DNA of 63,006 nt, the filler included, from Globobulimina sp. (lineage: Eukaryota): NCBI GenBank assembly GCA_003354225.1. It is 16 parts of 16 records of this genome, joined end to end, with 100 filler letters (N's around TTAATTAATTAA, not from the genome) between each part and the next. Parts side by side here need not be neighbours in the genome. Positions count along the whole stretch, not along the records: positions 1 to 3,847 come from PIVH01001998.1; positions 3,948 to 7,794 come from PIVH01001999.1; positions 7,895 to 11,740 come from PIVH01002000.1; positions 11,841 to 15,686 come from PIVH01002001.1; 12 more parts are not named here. The stretch is one strand, 5' to 3'. Numbering within the stretch: position 1 is the first letter of the stretch; the number at the start of each line of letters is the position of its first letter. The notes under the pieces were generated by a model. It was not told where the DNA came from, ran no database searches, and saw only the letters and a program-made list of their open reading frames with translations. The translations under genes were made by a program, and so were the position numbers. This document shows positions 1 to 11,903 of this stretch, one piece after another.

Positions 1-1494
1 TACGGTTTACATGGCATCGGTGCTTCTTGTGGTGATATCATCGAATTTGATATATAGCCGGAACTGTCTGTATACGTAGTGGCCGGCGATTGTGTTTGCT
101 GCCTAAAGACTGGTATTCGAATGCCAATGCCTGAGGATGTCTCATTGTTTGCATCTCGATTTAATTTATAATCATAGTCAATATCTTCAGAACTTATATC
201 ATCGAATGATATGGTTGAACCTAAACATAATGCATATTTTCCTAAATCAACATCACATTTCTCGTGTATTGCATTCTCTTTTATTGTTTGCATATTGAGA
301 GAATTGGTGGCAACGCGTTCTACCACAACTGGACTGTTCTTAGTCTGTGCAGAAACATTTGTTGTTGCACGATCGTTGCTGAATATGTGATGATTTGTGC
401 AAGTATAAATACGTTGAAAATGTGTGTTGAAAAACGATCGATTTCGAACAAAATTGAACATGTAAAATATGGAGCTACAACACCAAAATAAAGGGAAATA
501 CATGGAGACTAAATCATGTTTGTTATGGTCAAAATGAATGACGTTAACATCAATATACGTTATGGAGGTATCAAATGCACAAAATATGGATAAGGTGAAT
601 ACAGATAATGAGGATATAATTGTGGATGAAATAGAGCAATACGCCATAATATATACAGATCGAATCATTGTGTCTTGGATATTTGAAGCGGCGACAGTAT
701 CAAATGCTGAATTTGATATAAATGATACAAATGTTTTATGCTGATAACGAGGCTGAAAATAGAGATGGAGCTATCGCTAAAATGCACATACTGCATATAT
801 TAATTTGGTGTAATTCTACCAAATATATACAGCAGCAACAGTTTACGACAGGATCCTTATTCAAAAACGGATGTTTGTGATAACTCCATCAATATTCAAT
901 TCAGCCATCGTAATCAGTATAAATTATGCATCATAAATGTAAATATGGCATACTTGAAAGTGTTGAATATTGTTTTAATAACATTTGAATAAACTTATAC
1001 TGCCAAAATATATTACATGATACATACATTATAACCATACACGGAAATAACCAGTAAATGAAATGTAATTGACACACAAATAAGGAAATATAAATAAACG
1101 CAAATACTGAGAATTTTTTGAAAATTAATGTTGTTTTAACTCTTCGACGATGTTTCGTGTATTGCTGTAATGTGCAATATCTATGGAATGAGAATAATGA
1201 TTCACAGCATGACGATAATATTATGCCGTAACAAATAAGCCAGATAATTATGCTATTTGTAACAGCAAATATTTCTGTTTCTATAATTATAATACATACA
1301 GATAATAGTAACAAATAAAATAAATATATTGTCCATAACGAAGGATAAAATGCTAGTGAGTTTTGCCGTGGTGTGATTAAATTATTTGAATTCTTCCCAC
1401 AACAATAAACATTTACTATAAAATGTGATGTGAAATGTATAGTGGTACAGATGAATAACAGAACAGCAGATATTGCACTGATTAAAATAGGCAT
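1..1494 (-). CDS. Multi-pass (7TM/GPCR-like) membrane protein, intron-containing, 3' end truncated
   Basis: ORF 931-1494 has about 5 hydrophobic helices and an 'FSFHRY' motif after the third helix. Donor GTATGC at ~953. Further hydrophobic and cytoplasmic-tail reading frames continue to position 1. Exon structure not fully resolved. Confidence 0.5.
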
Positions 1495-1618
1495 GAACCT
1501 TTATGTAAATTATTAATTAACTTAAAAACACTAGCTATGAATTTTAATACATCGTAGCAAACAAAAACACAAAACAAGTTGTTGACGTTCAATGATATCG
1601 ATATTTTAAAAGCAAGCA

Positions 1619-3479
1619 CTAATTCCTCAATGACAGCTTCTGTACCACTCCTTTCTTCATCATGCCATTGAGTGAATTTTGCAATGTCTTATATTTATCA
1701 TGTATTTGTTTCGCTTTTTTCCAAGACCCTCTTTTGTAATATTTGACATACAAAAAATAACATAAACATAAAACACCCACAATTGCAAAGGACCGATACA
1801 TTGCACGATATGTAAACCAATTATCCCCGGCCTTGCTTTCATTGTTATTGTCGCCAATATCAAATTCCTCAAATTCCTTAAATTCCTTCAATTCGTTTTC
1901 ATCAAATTTAGGTTCCATTGCTTCGCATTCATTCTCCTCCTCATTGATATTATATGTATGTACGTCATCATTAAACTCGACAAAACTGACATCGCTGGTG
2001 CTGTCGTGCAAATTTTCTAGCTCGTCGTGCAAAGAGCTGCCTGCATCACTTTCCAATTCTAAGTCATCCAACGAACTCGCAGAGTAACTCCCTGCCGCCT
2101 TCATAGTGTTCATACGATGCAAATACGAATGCATTGCATCTTTCTTTTCATACTCAGCTAAATTCGCTTTCAATTTGCCGTAATGAATCAATTTACGTTT
2201 CAATGATTTATTCTCTTCGAATAATTCCTCCTTTTCCAAACTCATTTTATCTAATTTTAATTCAATATCTTTGTATTTCTTATTCATTTCATTCATTTTA
2301 TTTTTTAATTCATTGTCAATGTGATTGGTTTTGGATAATTTTAATTGTGATTCAATAATGTCTTGTAACTGCTTGTTTTCTTTGGTCAATGAACTCATTT
2401 GTTTTTGTTGTATGGTTCTTTGTTTTACAGTTTTGTCATATTCTGCTGATTTTCGATCTAATTCCTCGCGTAATGTAACTATTTGAAGCTGTACAAAAAA
2501 AATAGAATTTAAGCAGTATCAAAAGAAAAACAAACACCAATATATTTCACAAATATAATATAATGTTCCTATAAATAAATTACATATTTTTTGTATTTAT
2601 TTTGAACAATGTGTGCGTTGTAATTAGTTGGTGCGTGTTAACAAACATTCGTTTTGAATGTGTGCGTTATCTATTTTCTTCGTGTCCGGCTTAATTGTTT
2701 CTTGTGTGTGGCTCAATATTTTCTTGTGTGTGCACACGAAATAAGTATAACCCACACACAAAAACGAATTATCACCGCACACCAAAAAATAAATCACAAA
2801 TCACAAAAATCGAATCATCCAATTCCCGAACCATGGAAATGAACAAAAGTGAAAAAAAATATGTAATTTGTTCATTATATTGTGTTTCTCCAACTTTCTC
2901 GTGTATACATTTTAGTGCTCTTCGTTTTTGAAGTATAAATTGGATAAAACAAACTTGTAAAAATCTCGCATTTGCTAATTTGCGCTCATCATCACTTAAT
3001 TTCGTAGTTAATTCTATATAGGAATTGTTTATTGATTCTTTTGCTTGTTGCACTCGATTATACTCCTTTTTATATTCTTCGATGGTACCTTCGAAGTTCC
3101 TTCTTTCTTTCTCAAATTCTAATTGTATACAATCATATTTCTCAACAATTTCATTCAATTTGTCGATAGCTGTGATGCCATGATTAATTATCCAAAAATC
3201 CAATGCATACAACAATGTCACAGTTATTTTTGTCGATGGTAATTTATTTTCGTTTCTTATTGATTGTATCATTGATTTTAATTCAGATGCAAATTGTATT
3301 GGATCTTTAGAGAATGCTGATACATTAAAAGTTGGTGATACATCTTCATCATTGTTTTTGGTTTCAGGGAATATTCCTGATTTGATGACGTTTGGGACTG
3401 ATCGATGGCGCTTTTTTTTATGTTTTTTTTCTACTGGTTTCAGGCTTAGAGGACTAAACGGAGGAAACTCATCTGACAT
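1619..3479 (-). CDS. Coiled-coil protein with a C-terminal transmembrane anchor (spliced)
   Basis: ORFs 2772-3479 and 1619-2398 can be joined by a GT (~2954) to AG (~2490) intron. K/E-rich heptads and a single TM segment 'FAIVGVLCLCYFLYV'. Confidence 0.6.
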
Positions 3480-3530
3480 GATGTTAAGTAAAGTAAAATT
3501 TAAAAAATAAGTAAAAAACTATCATCAAAA

Positions 3531-3847
3531 TCAACGCTTGAAATTACGGTAGGAAATGGCAGACATTGCACTTACTGCCAGTGATACAAGATAAGTTTTA
3601 AAGTTTTCATACTGACTTGAATATTTCCACCAAAAATTATGTGTATGCTCATCTTTAGGACCAACACCCCACCATCTTTCAGTGAGGTGTCCATCTCCGA
3701 TCCATTGTTGTTTAAATTTGCCTTTTAATGCTTTAACCTCATCCCATGTCTTTCTATTATTATGCTTATCAATTAATACTCCCACTTTATTGAAATAATG
3801 AATGCCATGGCCACCATCACAAATTGTCGATACATGCCAGTGTACCA
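3531..3847 (-). CDS. C-terminal fragment of an unknown protein
   Basis: Frame is open from the contig edge to the stop at 3531. Trp-rich, no recognisable family. Confidence 0.4.
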
Positions 3848-3947
3848 NNNNNNNNNNNNNNNNNNNNNNNNNNNNNNNNNNNNNNNNNNNNTTAATTAAT
3901 TAANNNNNNNNNNNNNNNNNNNNNNNNNNNNNNNNNNNNNNNNNNNN
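3848..3947. other. Artificial contig spacer (N44-TTAATTAATTAA-N44). It recurs at 7795, 11741, 15687, 19633, 23579, 27524, 31469, 35414, 39358, 43301, 47244, 51186, 55128 and 59068
   Basis: Identical 100-nt blocks with a six-frame stop linker. The flanking contigs decrease steadily from 3847 to about 3840 nt, as expected for a length-sorted concatenation. Confidence 0.99.
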
Positions 3948-4188
3948 GAATTTAGTTGCAATATTAATGCGGAATTAACAATGAAAAGATTCAAACAAAC
4001 AATATGTAACTCACTCAAACTGGTTCAGAAGGGATTATATATTTTATTAAGATTGGCTCAACCAATAAATTGCTATGCAAAGCCACGAGATATCATTAAT
4101 ATTTTACTGTCACTTTACCAGATCATCGACAACCTCTCCTCCAAAACGCATGGATTGACATTTGATTCACGTAATAAATTTTTTAAAA

Positions 4189-5844
4189 ATGAAAAGGGCG
4201 TTTAAAAAACTAGCTAACTTAAGCCAGACACAAAAGACTAAACCACAGCCCCCTCCACAAACAACCAACAATCCTCCAACGACAAAAAGAGCAGTAATCA
4301 AAATATTTAGACGATTACAGCAGCAAACCATGTCTGGAGATAACGCAAACGATCAAAGCATTCGATCCCATTGGGATAAGCAGAAAGATGTCGTCCAAGA
4401 GAAATTAGGTCAAACTTGGACTGAGATCAAGGAAATCCAAGATAGGGATTTATTGATGGTACATTATATGAAATTGGATGCGTATCAAAGAACAATTTTT
4501 ATGCGCCAAATCAAAGTGGATCAGGCAAGAAATATTAGTGAAGAATTAGAAGCATTATGCGATCGACAAGAAAGCCAACGACGGCAACGAGAGACCGAGC
4601 AACAGCCATTATCGAATGAGCAGATCCAGAATCTGATGACGCAACAATCCCAGCAGGGATATCAACTTACGTATAAAAACAAAAAAATAACAACATTTTT
4701 TGAAGAATTTGGTTAGTCATTGACGTCACGGCCAACTTAGAACGGAAAAAGAAGCGATATTTTTAATGTAAAAAAACATATAAAAATATACGCAAAATCG
4801 CACCTTTTCACCCTTCAGATGATGCAGAAAATGGGTGGAATGATGCAGACATTCACGGGATCACTACAAGACCAATGCGGACAGATTAAGGAGACCACCA
4901 AAGTGGTTTCAACATATAATACCAACAAAGTCCTTAATATAGAAATGCAGAAAAAGCATTTGATTGAATTATATCAGATCGCAAATGCATTGGCAACATT
5001 GGATAATAATATAACGGCATTCCAAGTGAATCGAGCGCGATGCGCTAAAGCCAACAAAGGGAAGAAATCAATCGAAGATCGAGTCCCTTTTGACGTGAAC
5101 GCCCCGGCATTCACAGAATTAGCCATATTGGCATTGATAGAGGCTTTACAGCCACAATTAGAGAGACAGCAATTGAGTATGAACACAGATGCATTGATTG
5201 AGAGTTTAAAAGATGCCGAGAAGGAAGAGCCGGATGAAAACATCAGGCGAATGATAGACATCTTAGGGCAACAAAAGTTGGCTCAGATGGCAATGGAAGA
5301 CATATTGAAGACAATTGCATGGGTCGCAGAGAGGAAATTCTTTGAATTAAACGATGAAGCAAAGAAATTGCAGCAGCTATTACATGGAACATTGAATAGA
5401 ATGAGAGAAATGAAAGAGAGAAAAGAAAAGATTCCGCCAATTTATGCAATGGAGGAACTCAAAAAATTAGCATATCATACAATCGATCAAGAAGTCATCG
5501 ATAAACTGATTGATTCCTTGCAAAAGGAAGAAAAGAAAGGGCGGCAGTGCCCGTTTGATAAAAAGAAGGGAAAATGCCTCGATTATTGGCATAACTCATA
5601 CTGTGGAAAGGGATATCATTTAAACGGAACATGCGGACAATTGGCGCATATCCCAAATCCGTTAAAAAAGAGACAGAGAGGCTGGGAGCAGCCATATGGA
5701 AAACAACAGCAACAGCCACAGCAACAGCAGCCATCCCATAATAAAAACAATTGGAATGGAGGATATAATCAACAGCAATATCCACAAAACGGTCCAAACA
5801 CTGGAGGGCCAAACGCAAACAACAGAAATTTCCATAGAAGATAG
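4189..5844 (+). CDS. Gag-like protein of the DIRS/Ngaro element (ORFs 4162-4716 and 4819-5844)
   Basis: Helical Q/K/E-rich ORFs upstream of RT. C-terminal 'CLDYWHNSYC...TCGQLAH' Zn-finger-like motif and a Q/N-rich tail. Confidence 0.55.
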
Positions 5845-6166
5845 ATAAAAGAGTCTATCCAACAAAATATTATGTGGTAGGAAATAAAACGAAAATTCTC
5901 ATACTATTTAAGCAAATCCTTAATTTTTTCTTTTTCGAATATGCAAAGTCAAATATATTGAGTGCTTTTTTACATTTCTGTTTATCGCCAAAAACGCGTT
6001 TTTCTCGTTTTCGGAGATCAATAATTTCCATAATTACTCCCCGTTTTTATTTTTTTACACTTTTCATTTAAAACAATATTCACTCTCTATTTGAATAAAA
6101 TTAAACAAATTTTCACAGGAACAAACCTATAAATCAACACATCCGAAAGTCAGAGGCAATAAAAAA

Positions 6167-7794
6167 ATGAGGGCAATCTATGAAAAATGGAAAGATATGG
6201 ATGTCCCAAAAATACCCCCTCAGTGGGATTTACCAGCAGAAAAATTCATACATGCAATGAATACATTGCCAGATGGAAAAACGGGAAATATAGGTTTTCC
6301 CGACAAGGCCGACCAAAGAAAAATGGAGTCCTTACTAAAAAACGGCGCCACAATAACCAGAAACAAGAGCCCGACCCTTGAGACGAAAAACGACATTGAA
6401 TATCCATTAACGATCGATGAGCACATCAAAAAATGCGAAATAATCCAAAAACGCATCAAAGACAAAGCAATGTGGGGGCCTCATCACCAAAATAATATGC
6501 CAGAGGGATACGAAGAATATCACATAAATCCGATATTCATGAAAAATGACACGCCCATTGACAAGCCAGAAAAGCAAAAGCATCGAATCATAGTCGACTG
6601 CTCCAAATCAAATACCATTGGATTTGCCCCGAATGATAACATATTTGACGACGAAAAAAGTTGTCAATATACAACAATATTGGATATAATTAGATTGATT
6701 GTTAGATTAAAAATAAAATGGATGGTTGCAGCCGATGCGCAAAATGCATTCAACCGAGTCCCCATAGAAAAGAGTTTCATAAAATGGTTTGGAATAAAAG
6801 TGGGAGAATGGATCTTTTTATGGACAGCATTGGTTTTAGGCGTCGCGTCCAGCTGTAATATATATTCATTATTTGCAGCAACGGTCGCATGGATCATAGT
6901 GAATTCATTCCAGTACTTATTTTATATTGGAACGGCCTGTGTATTAAGAAACTATTTAGATGACTTTTTTGCAGGTCATCATAGTGAGGAAAAATGCTGG
7001 CAGCAGTATTACGCAATAAAATGGACATTTAAGTGGTTGGGGATACCAACACAAGAACGAAAAATGATAAGTCCGACACGCATATTGATATGGATTGGAT
7101 TTATAATAAATTGCATAGAAAATATATTGGCAATACCGAGAGTAAAAATTATTAAAACAACAATAAAAGGAAATGATTTATTGGTAGTACATAAAAATAA
7201 GAAATTCGCGACGGTGCGCCAGATATCATCATTTGTAGGGATATCAAGGCACGTTTCGTACGTACATTATTACATCATTCCGGCCCTAAGAAGGTTGGAG
7301 GAGGCCATTGCCGGAAAGCAACCCAATGATACCGTCAGAATAACGATTGAAATGGCGCGGGATATCAAAGTGGTATTGGATCCTATAACAGACCCAACAA
7401 AGAATAGCATACCATTCGACTGGTTACTTTATGATAAGGCCAGAGCTGATATAAAAATAGAAACGGACGCATCTGGAAAGATAGGAATGGGAGGAATAGT
7501 AATGAAGGACGGAGGCGCTTTCTACGCGGCCTTTTATGACGAACTCAGGGATTGGGACCATCAGAACCCGCCCGATATTGTATACTTAGAGCTATTGGCA
7601 GTTTATATAATGCTGAAGCTCGATCCGGCCCAATGGACAGGAAAAGCAATATTAATATTATGCGATAACGCCGCAGTCTGCTCGATTGTGGCTAAGAAAA
7701 CTGCCTGTTTTTACAGGAAAGATTTACAGGAATTAATAAGACGAATGTGTACATTATGCAACGTCTATTGTTACTATATGTGGATAAATTGGAT
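6167..7794 (+). CDS. Reverse transcriptase-RNase H (DIRS/Ngaro-like), 3' truncated
   Basis: RT motifs HRIIVDCS, ADAQNAFNRVPI, LVLGVASS and YLDDFF. RNase H motifs ETDASG, YLELLAV and CDNAAV. Confidence 0.9.
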
Positions 7795-7894
7795 NNNNNN
7801 NNNNNNNNNNNNNNNNNNNNNNNNNNNNNNNNNNNNNNTTAATTAATTAANNNNNNNNNNNNNNNNNNNNNNNNNNNNNNNNNNNNNNNNNNNN

Positions 7895-8616
7895 AAATAA
7901 CTTATCAATGATAGCAATATACATAAGTTATCTTCTTTATTTATATAAAAATCATTTAAGGATTTAACTGATCCATAAACAATAACACTTCCTGCCACAC
8001 CATTTTTGTTTTTTTCATACAGAGCGCACAAAGTTTGTTGTTTCGGAAAACAAAACTCTTGCGACGATATTAAAGGAATTACATTTTCCGAAATTATGCC
8101 TAAAGTACAACCAAACGGATATATCACACACGATGTTGTTGCTTGATTCTTCTTTTTGGTTTTATTTACAACATCATTCATGGTCTTATTAATTATGCAA
8201 TTTTCAATTTTAGCTTCTTTTGGATGAAAATAAGATTCGCTGTAAACCATTCGGATCACACAATCATAATTAAGATTTATTCCAAACTTTCGGACTAAAG
8301 TATTTAAATGTTTTTGCTTCAATTCGTCACTATCTTTCTCTGTTCCTTCCCTTCCGAATATTAATAAATTACCACCGTTTTCTACATAATTACACAAACT
8401 CCGTATTTCGTGCGAATCGAATGGTTTAGTCGCTGCTGATAAAACTACCAAAGATATATCTTGCAACCGATCAAAATTTAATTCACACTCTTTGTCAATT
8501 TCAACTTTATACAGTGATTGTAATCGGCGGTAAAAAGTCTTATATTTACTGACATTGGATAGATCACATTCTTTTGAATGGTCAATCAATATTTTTGCAG
8601 AGACCTTACCATTCAT
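7895..8616 (-). CDS. IFT52: Intraflagellar transport protein 52, N-terminal GIFT domain (3' truncated)
   Basis: Motifs KILIDHSKE, YVENGGNLLIFGREG, FGINLNYDCVIR, YFHPKEA and IYPFGCTL match IFT52. Confidence 0.88.
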
Positions 8617-8698
8617 TCACTTATTCTGAGAGTTTTTATTTCTAGCTACAGTGCTCTGGAAAAACTATTAAAGATTAATAAATATTTATTTTTTGGTA

Positions 8699-10018
8699 CT
8701 AGTCTGTAGTGTGATCTGTCGCCGGAGTAACAAATATTTTATCAATCGCATGGATTGATAACCTAGAATTGGCTGAAGGTGTATCATATTGGCAACGTTT
8801 AAATGTAGCATCATCAAAATCGTCCCTGTGATTATAAATGAAAGGTTTGTTTTTGTCATCCATATCATCAACAATGCAACAACCACAACAAACCAATGCA
8901 ATGATGGAATCTCTCCGTATCCTTCTACAACATTTGGAAGGTACATGAATCCATACAATCAGCACAAAACCAATCAGAACGTCAACAAGATAATGGGCAA
9001 TATAAGCATATAGATTTGGATACGGTGAGATATATAACGGCTCGGTGAAATCTGTCCAATCAAAGCTCATAGACGCGGACACCAAATCATATGACACAGC
9101 AATCAAAAAAACACACATCAGCAGCAACATTACATCCATTTTACGTTTATTATATCTCAAGATTTTATAATTGCGTTTGCTTTGCTGTTCGATTGTGATT
9201 CTTTTGCTTAATTCTCTGAGATCGATATCTTCCGCATTCAAAGATAAAATGGAGGCACCGTCCAATGAATCATATACAGTTTGAATGGATATCGAGTCGT
9301 TTGATTTGTTTCCATGTAATCCATTATGTGATTTTATTTCGTTTGCTACAGTTTTTCGTATGTTTGATAACGTAGGCTCTCCTAATTTATTTTGCGAAAC
9401 ATAAAATAAAACATTTTTTTTCTCCAACATTTTCACGTTTTGTTTGCTGCAATTTACCACCGTATGGAGCTTACAATTAATATCACAGAGAGCAATGAAT
9501 GTGGTCAAACAGCCGGTCATCATAACCAGATCTAACACAAAATCAAAAAATGCGAAAAACCGACCGTTTCTGAAGAATATGGCTAATGAATAGGATAGAA
9601 TTAGCGCCAAAATGTCAAACACCATGATGCCATACCAAGTGTAATGAAACCATTTTGGAGATTGGCGGAATGAGTTTGAAGAATATTCATTGTAGCTCGA
9701 ATATGGGGCGCGTTGATGGTATATGGCATCTACGGATTTTATGACAAAATTAAAGGTTGCCCAGGAAGCTACACATATACTAATGGCGATTGAAAAACGT
9801 AATATAAGAACGATAAGATGATCAGCAAAAAACTGATAATGTAAAAGTACAATAATGTCTAAGATCCATGCAGATGTACAATAAACTGCTGTCAAATATC
9901 GATCTTTAAGTCTTGGATCGTGAATTGAAGATATACAAATTTGTTGAATTGATGAAGTAAATAACAACCATAATACTGCATTGAAGCCTATTTGGTATTG
10001 CCAATGGATCACTTCCAT
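8699..10018 (-). CDS. 7TM GPCR-like membrane protein
   Basis: Seven hydrophobic segments, a long third cytoplasmic loop and a Cys-rich juxtamembrane tail. Likely start at MEVIHW (10018). Confidence 0.65.
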   Translation of the reverse strand: MEVIHWQYQIGFNAVLWLLFTSSIQQICISSIHDPRLKDRYLTAVYCTSAWILDIIVLLHYQFFADHLIVLILRFSIAISICVASWATFNFVIKSVDAIYHQRAPYSSYNEYSSNSFRQSPKWFHYTWYGIMVFDILALILSYSLAIFFRNGRFFAFFDFVLDLVMMTGCLTTFIALCDINCKLHTVVNCSKQNVKMLEKKNVLFYVSQNKLGEPTLSNIRKTVANEIKSHNGLHGNKSNDSISIQTVYDSLDGASILSLNAEDIDLRELSKRITIEQQSKRNYKILRYNKRKMDVMLLLMCVFLIAVSYDLVSASMSFDWTDFTEPLYISPYPNLYAYIAHYLVDVLIGFVLIVWIHVPSKCCRRIRRDSIIALVCCGCCIVDDMDDKNKPFIYNHRDDFDDATFKRCQYDTPSANSRLSIHAIDKIFVTPATDHTTD

Positions 10019-10027
10019 TACTAAAAC

Positions 10028-11381
10028 ATGAGTAACAGCTTTAAAACTTTTTTTAGTACCCAACATAAACATTTTCTAAGCATGGACGAGTTTGTAGATA
10101 AATTGCTAAACGAATCGGACCAATGGATCACTAAAAATGCGTTGAATGATAAAAGTATTTTTAAATCAACACTACAAAAAGTGTTTAATGACTTACCTGC
10201 ACCGTCAAAAGACATCCTATCGAATAATCCAAATATTATTAATTCTTTATGGATAAAACTTGAACAAAAATATGCTGAATCATGTAACGATAAACATCAT
10301 TTTTTTTCGGACGTTGATATTAATCAATACCTAAATCAACAAAACCAAGATGTAAACCAAAAGAAAGCATTACAATCAAACCAAGCGTCATTAAAACATT
10401 ATGATGATTGTATGAAATTGAATCCATTTTTCAAATGTTATAATAACATTTCTGATCAAAACTTGAATGATTTATTGGATGTTTTATTAAAAAGTAATCA
10501 ATGCAATGACGAGTGGCTCTCATTAATCCAATACAGATTTAATCAGTTATTATCAAATAAAAAATCAAAGTCAAAAAAATTATCAACTCAAACAATTCGC
10601 CGTCTATCCCAAGTTTAGTATTATTTGTGTTTTATGTTTTATATTTTGTATTTATTATATGATTAATCATCAAACAACACAGAAATTGTATCGTTTATTT
10701 TGTCATAATCTCGGACTAAAATGTAATGATAAAAAGCGTAAACAACCCGTTTCTTTGTTATTTAATCAAATATTCTCATTGTGTGCGGATAACATATATT
10801 GCACCGACTTATCAATGAACATCTTATCATTTATTCGTATTTTGTTCGAATACAAGAAAGAAAATAAATGTATTGCTATGAACGTATTAATCAGGAAATT
10901 ATTTGAATTAATTATCTCGCGCTACAATTCGAGCAATAAATGGACCAATACGCAGCAATTAATATTTCTGTGGACTGTGTATGAATACAATGGCAACGAT
11001 CATATCCATAAAAAAGACTTATTCAAATTATTGAAATGGAGCGAATCTGTTTGGTCTTTTAATGAGTTAACCACTGTTTTTGCTGATAAATGTATTGACT
11101 CATTTGCCGATTTTATAAATGTTATTTACAAATATAATATGTTATCGTCGGTCTATTTTAATGAGAATGAGAGTGATAGCGACAGCGACGATGATTACGA
11201 TATTATGGGTATCGAGAATGAAGTGGCCAATGTTGGCAATGTGAATGATCTAAAAGATGAAGATTTGTTTACTGTGGATATGAACAGTGATAACAAAGGA
11301 AATAAAAGATTGAGGGATGAGAACAATGATTTGGATGAAGCAGAACCAGCCGCAAAGAAACAAAAAACAAATCAACCATAA
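10028..11381 (+). CDS. Unknown, probably nuclear, protein (two exons)
   Basis: ORFs 10028-10618 and 10659-11381 are joined by a GT..AG intron (~10613-10682). Acidic tail and an NLS-like 'PAAKKQK'. Confidence 0.6.
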
Positions 11382-11840
11382 GTTGAGTGTATGTTTTTTT
11401 TATGTATATATATTAAAATGATGAATGAATGCCATCTGATTATTAGTGATGAAACACAAACAATATATTTTGATATGTTATGAATGGAGAGATTTCATTA
11501 TTGTCTGTAACCTTGTTTGGTATATTGAGTTTATATGATATCCAAAATGTAAAGGCAGACATAGATTTTTTTATTTTTTGAGAGAGAGACCATGTCAATT
11601 TATATTGTGTTGATGCCATTTGGCACTGCTATATATTCTGAACACCAAATTCATTCTCGATATCTATATCATGCACAAAAAAAACAAATCAACATTACGA
11701 TTATTTAACAAAAAAAAACTAAATGATATATATACAGATGNNNNNNNNNNNNNNNNNNNNNNNNNNNNNNNNNNNNNNNNNNNNTTAATTAATTAANNNN
11801 NNNNNNNNNNNNNNNNNNNNNNNNNNNNNNNNNNNNNNNN

Positions 11841-11903
11841 AGTGGACCGTCAATTCGTCCAAGTGGACCGTCAATTCGTCCAAGTGGACCGTCAATTCGT
11901 CCA
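11841..11903 (+). repeat. 21-bp tandem repeat x3 (encodes SGPSIRP), cut by the contig edge
   Basis: agtggaccgtcaattcgtcca repeated three times, in frame with gag. Confidence 0.9.

Larger units (their letters stand above)
3948..7794 (+). mobile_element. DIRS/Ngaro-type (tyrosine-recombinase class) retrotransposon, partial
   Basis: A gag-like ORF with a Cys/His finger is followed by RT-RNase H with DIRS/Ngaro-type motifs. No protease. The recombinase would lie beyond the contig end. Confidence 0.8.

Noticed and set aside
264-744. Plus-strand ORFs 264-491 and 538-744
   Set aside because: They are antisense shadows of the minus-strand 7TM gene.
3800-3847. 'HWHV' at the contig edge as an HUH endonuclease motif
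   Set aside because: A single short motif in a truncated frame, with no other Rep or relaxase motifs recognisable.
6167-7794. RT as a retron, DGR or group II intron enzyme
   Set aside because: It has a C-terminal RNase H and DIRS/Ngaro-type motifs, with a gag-like ORF upstream.
11841-11903. Direct repeats as a possible CRISPR array or LTR
   Set aside because: Head-to-tail 21-mers with no spacers, coding in frame within gag.
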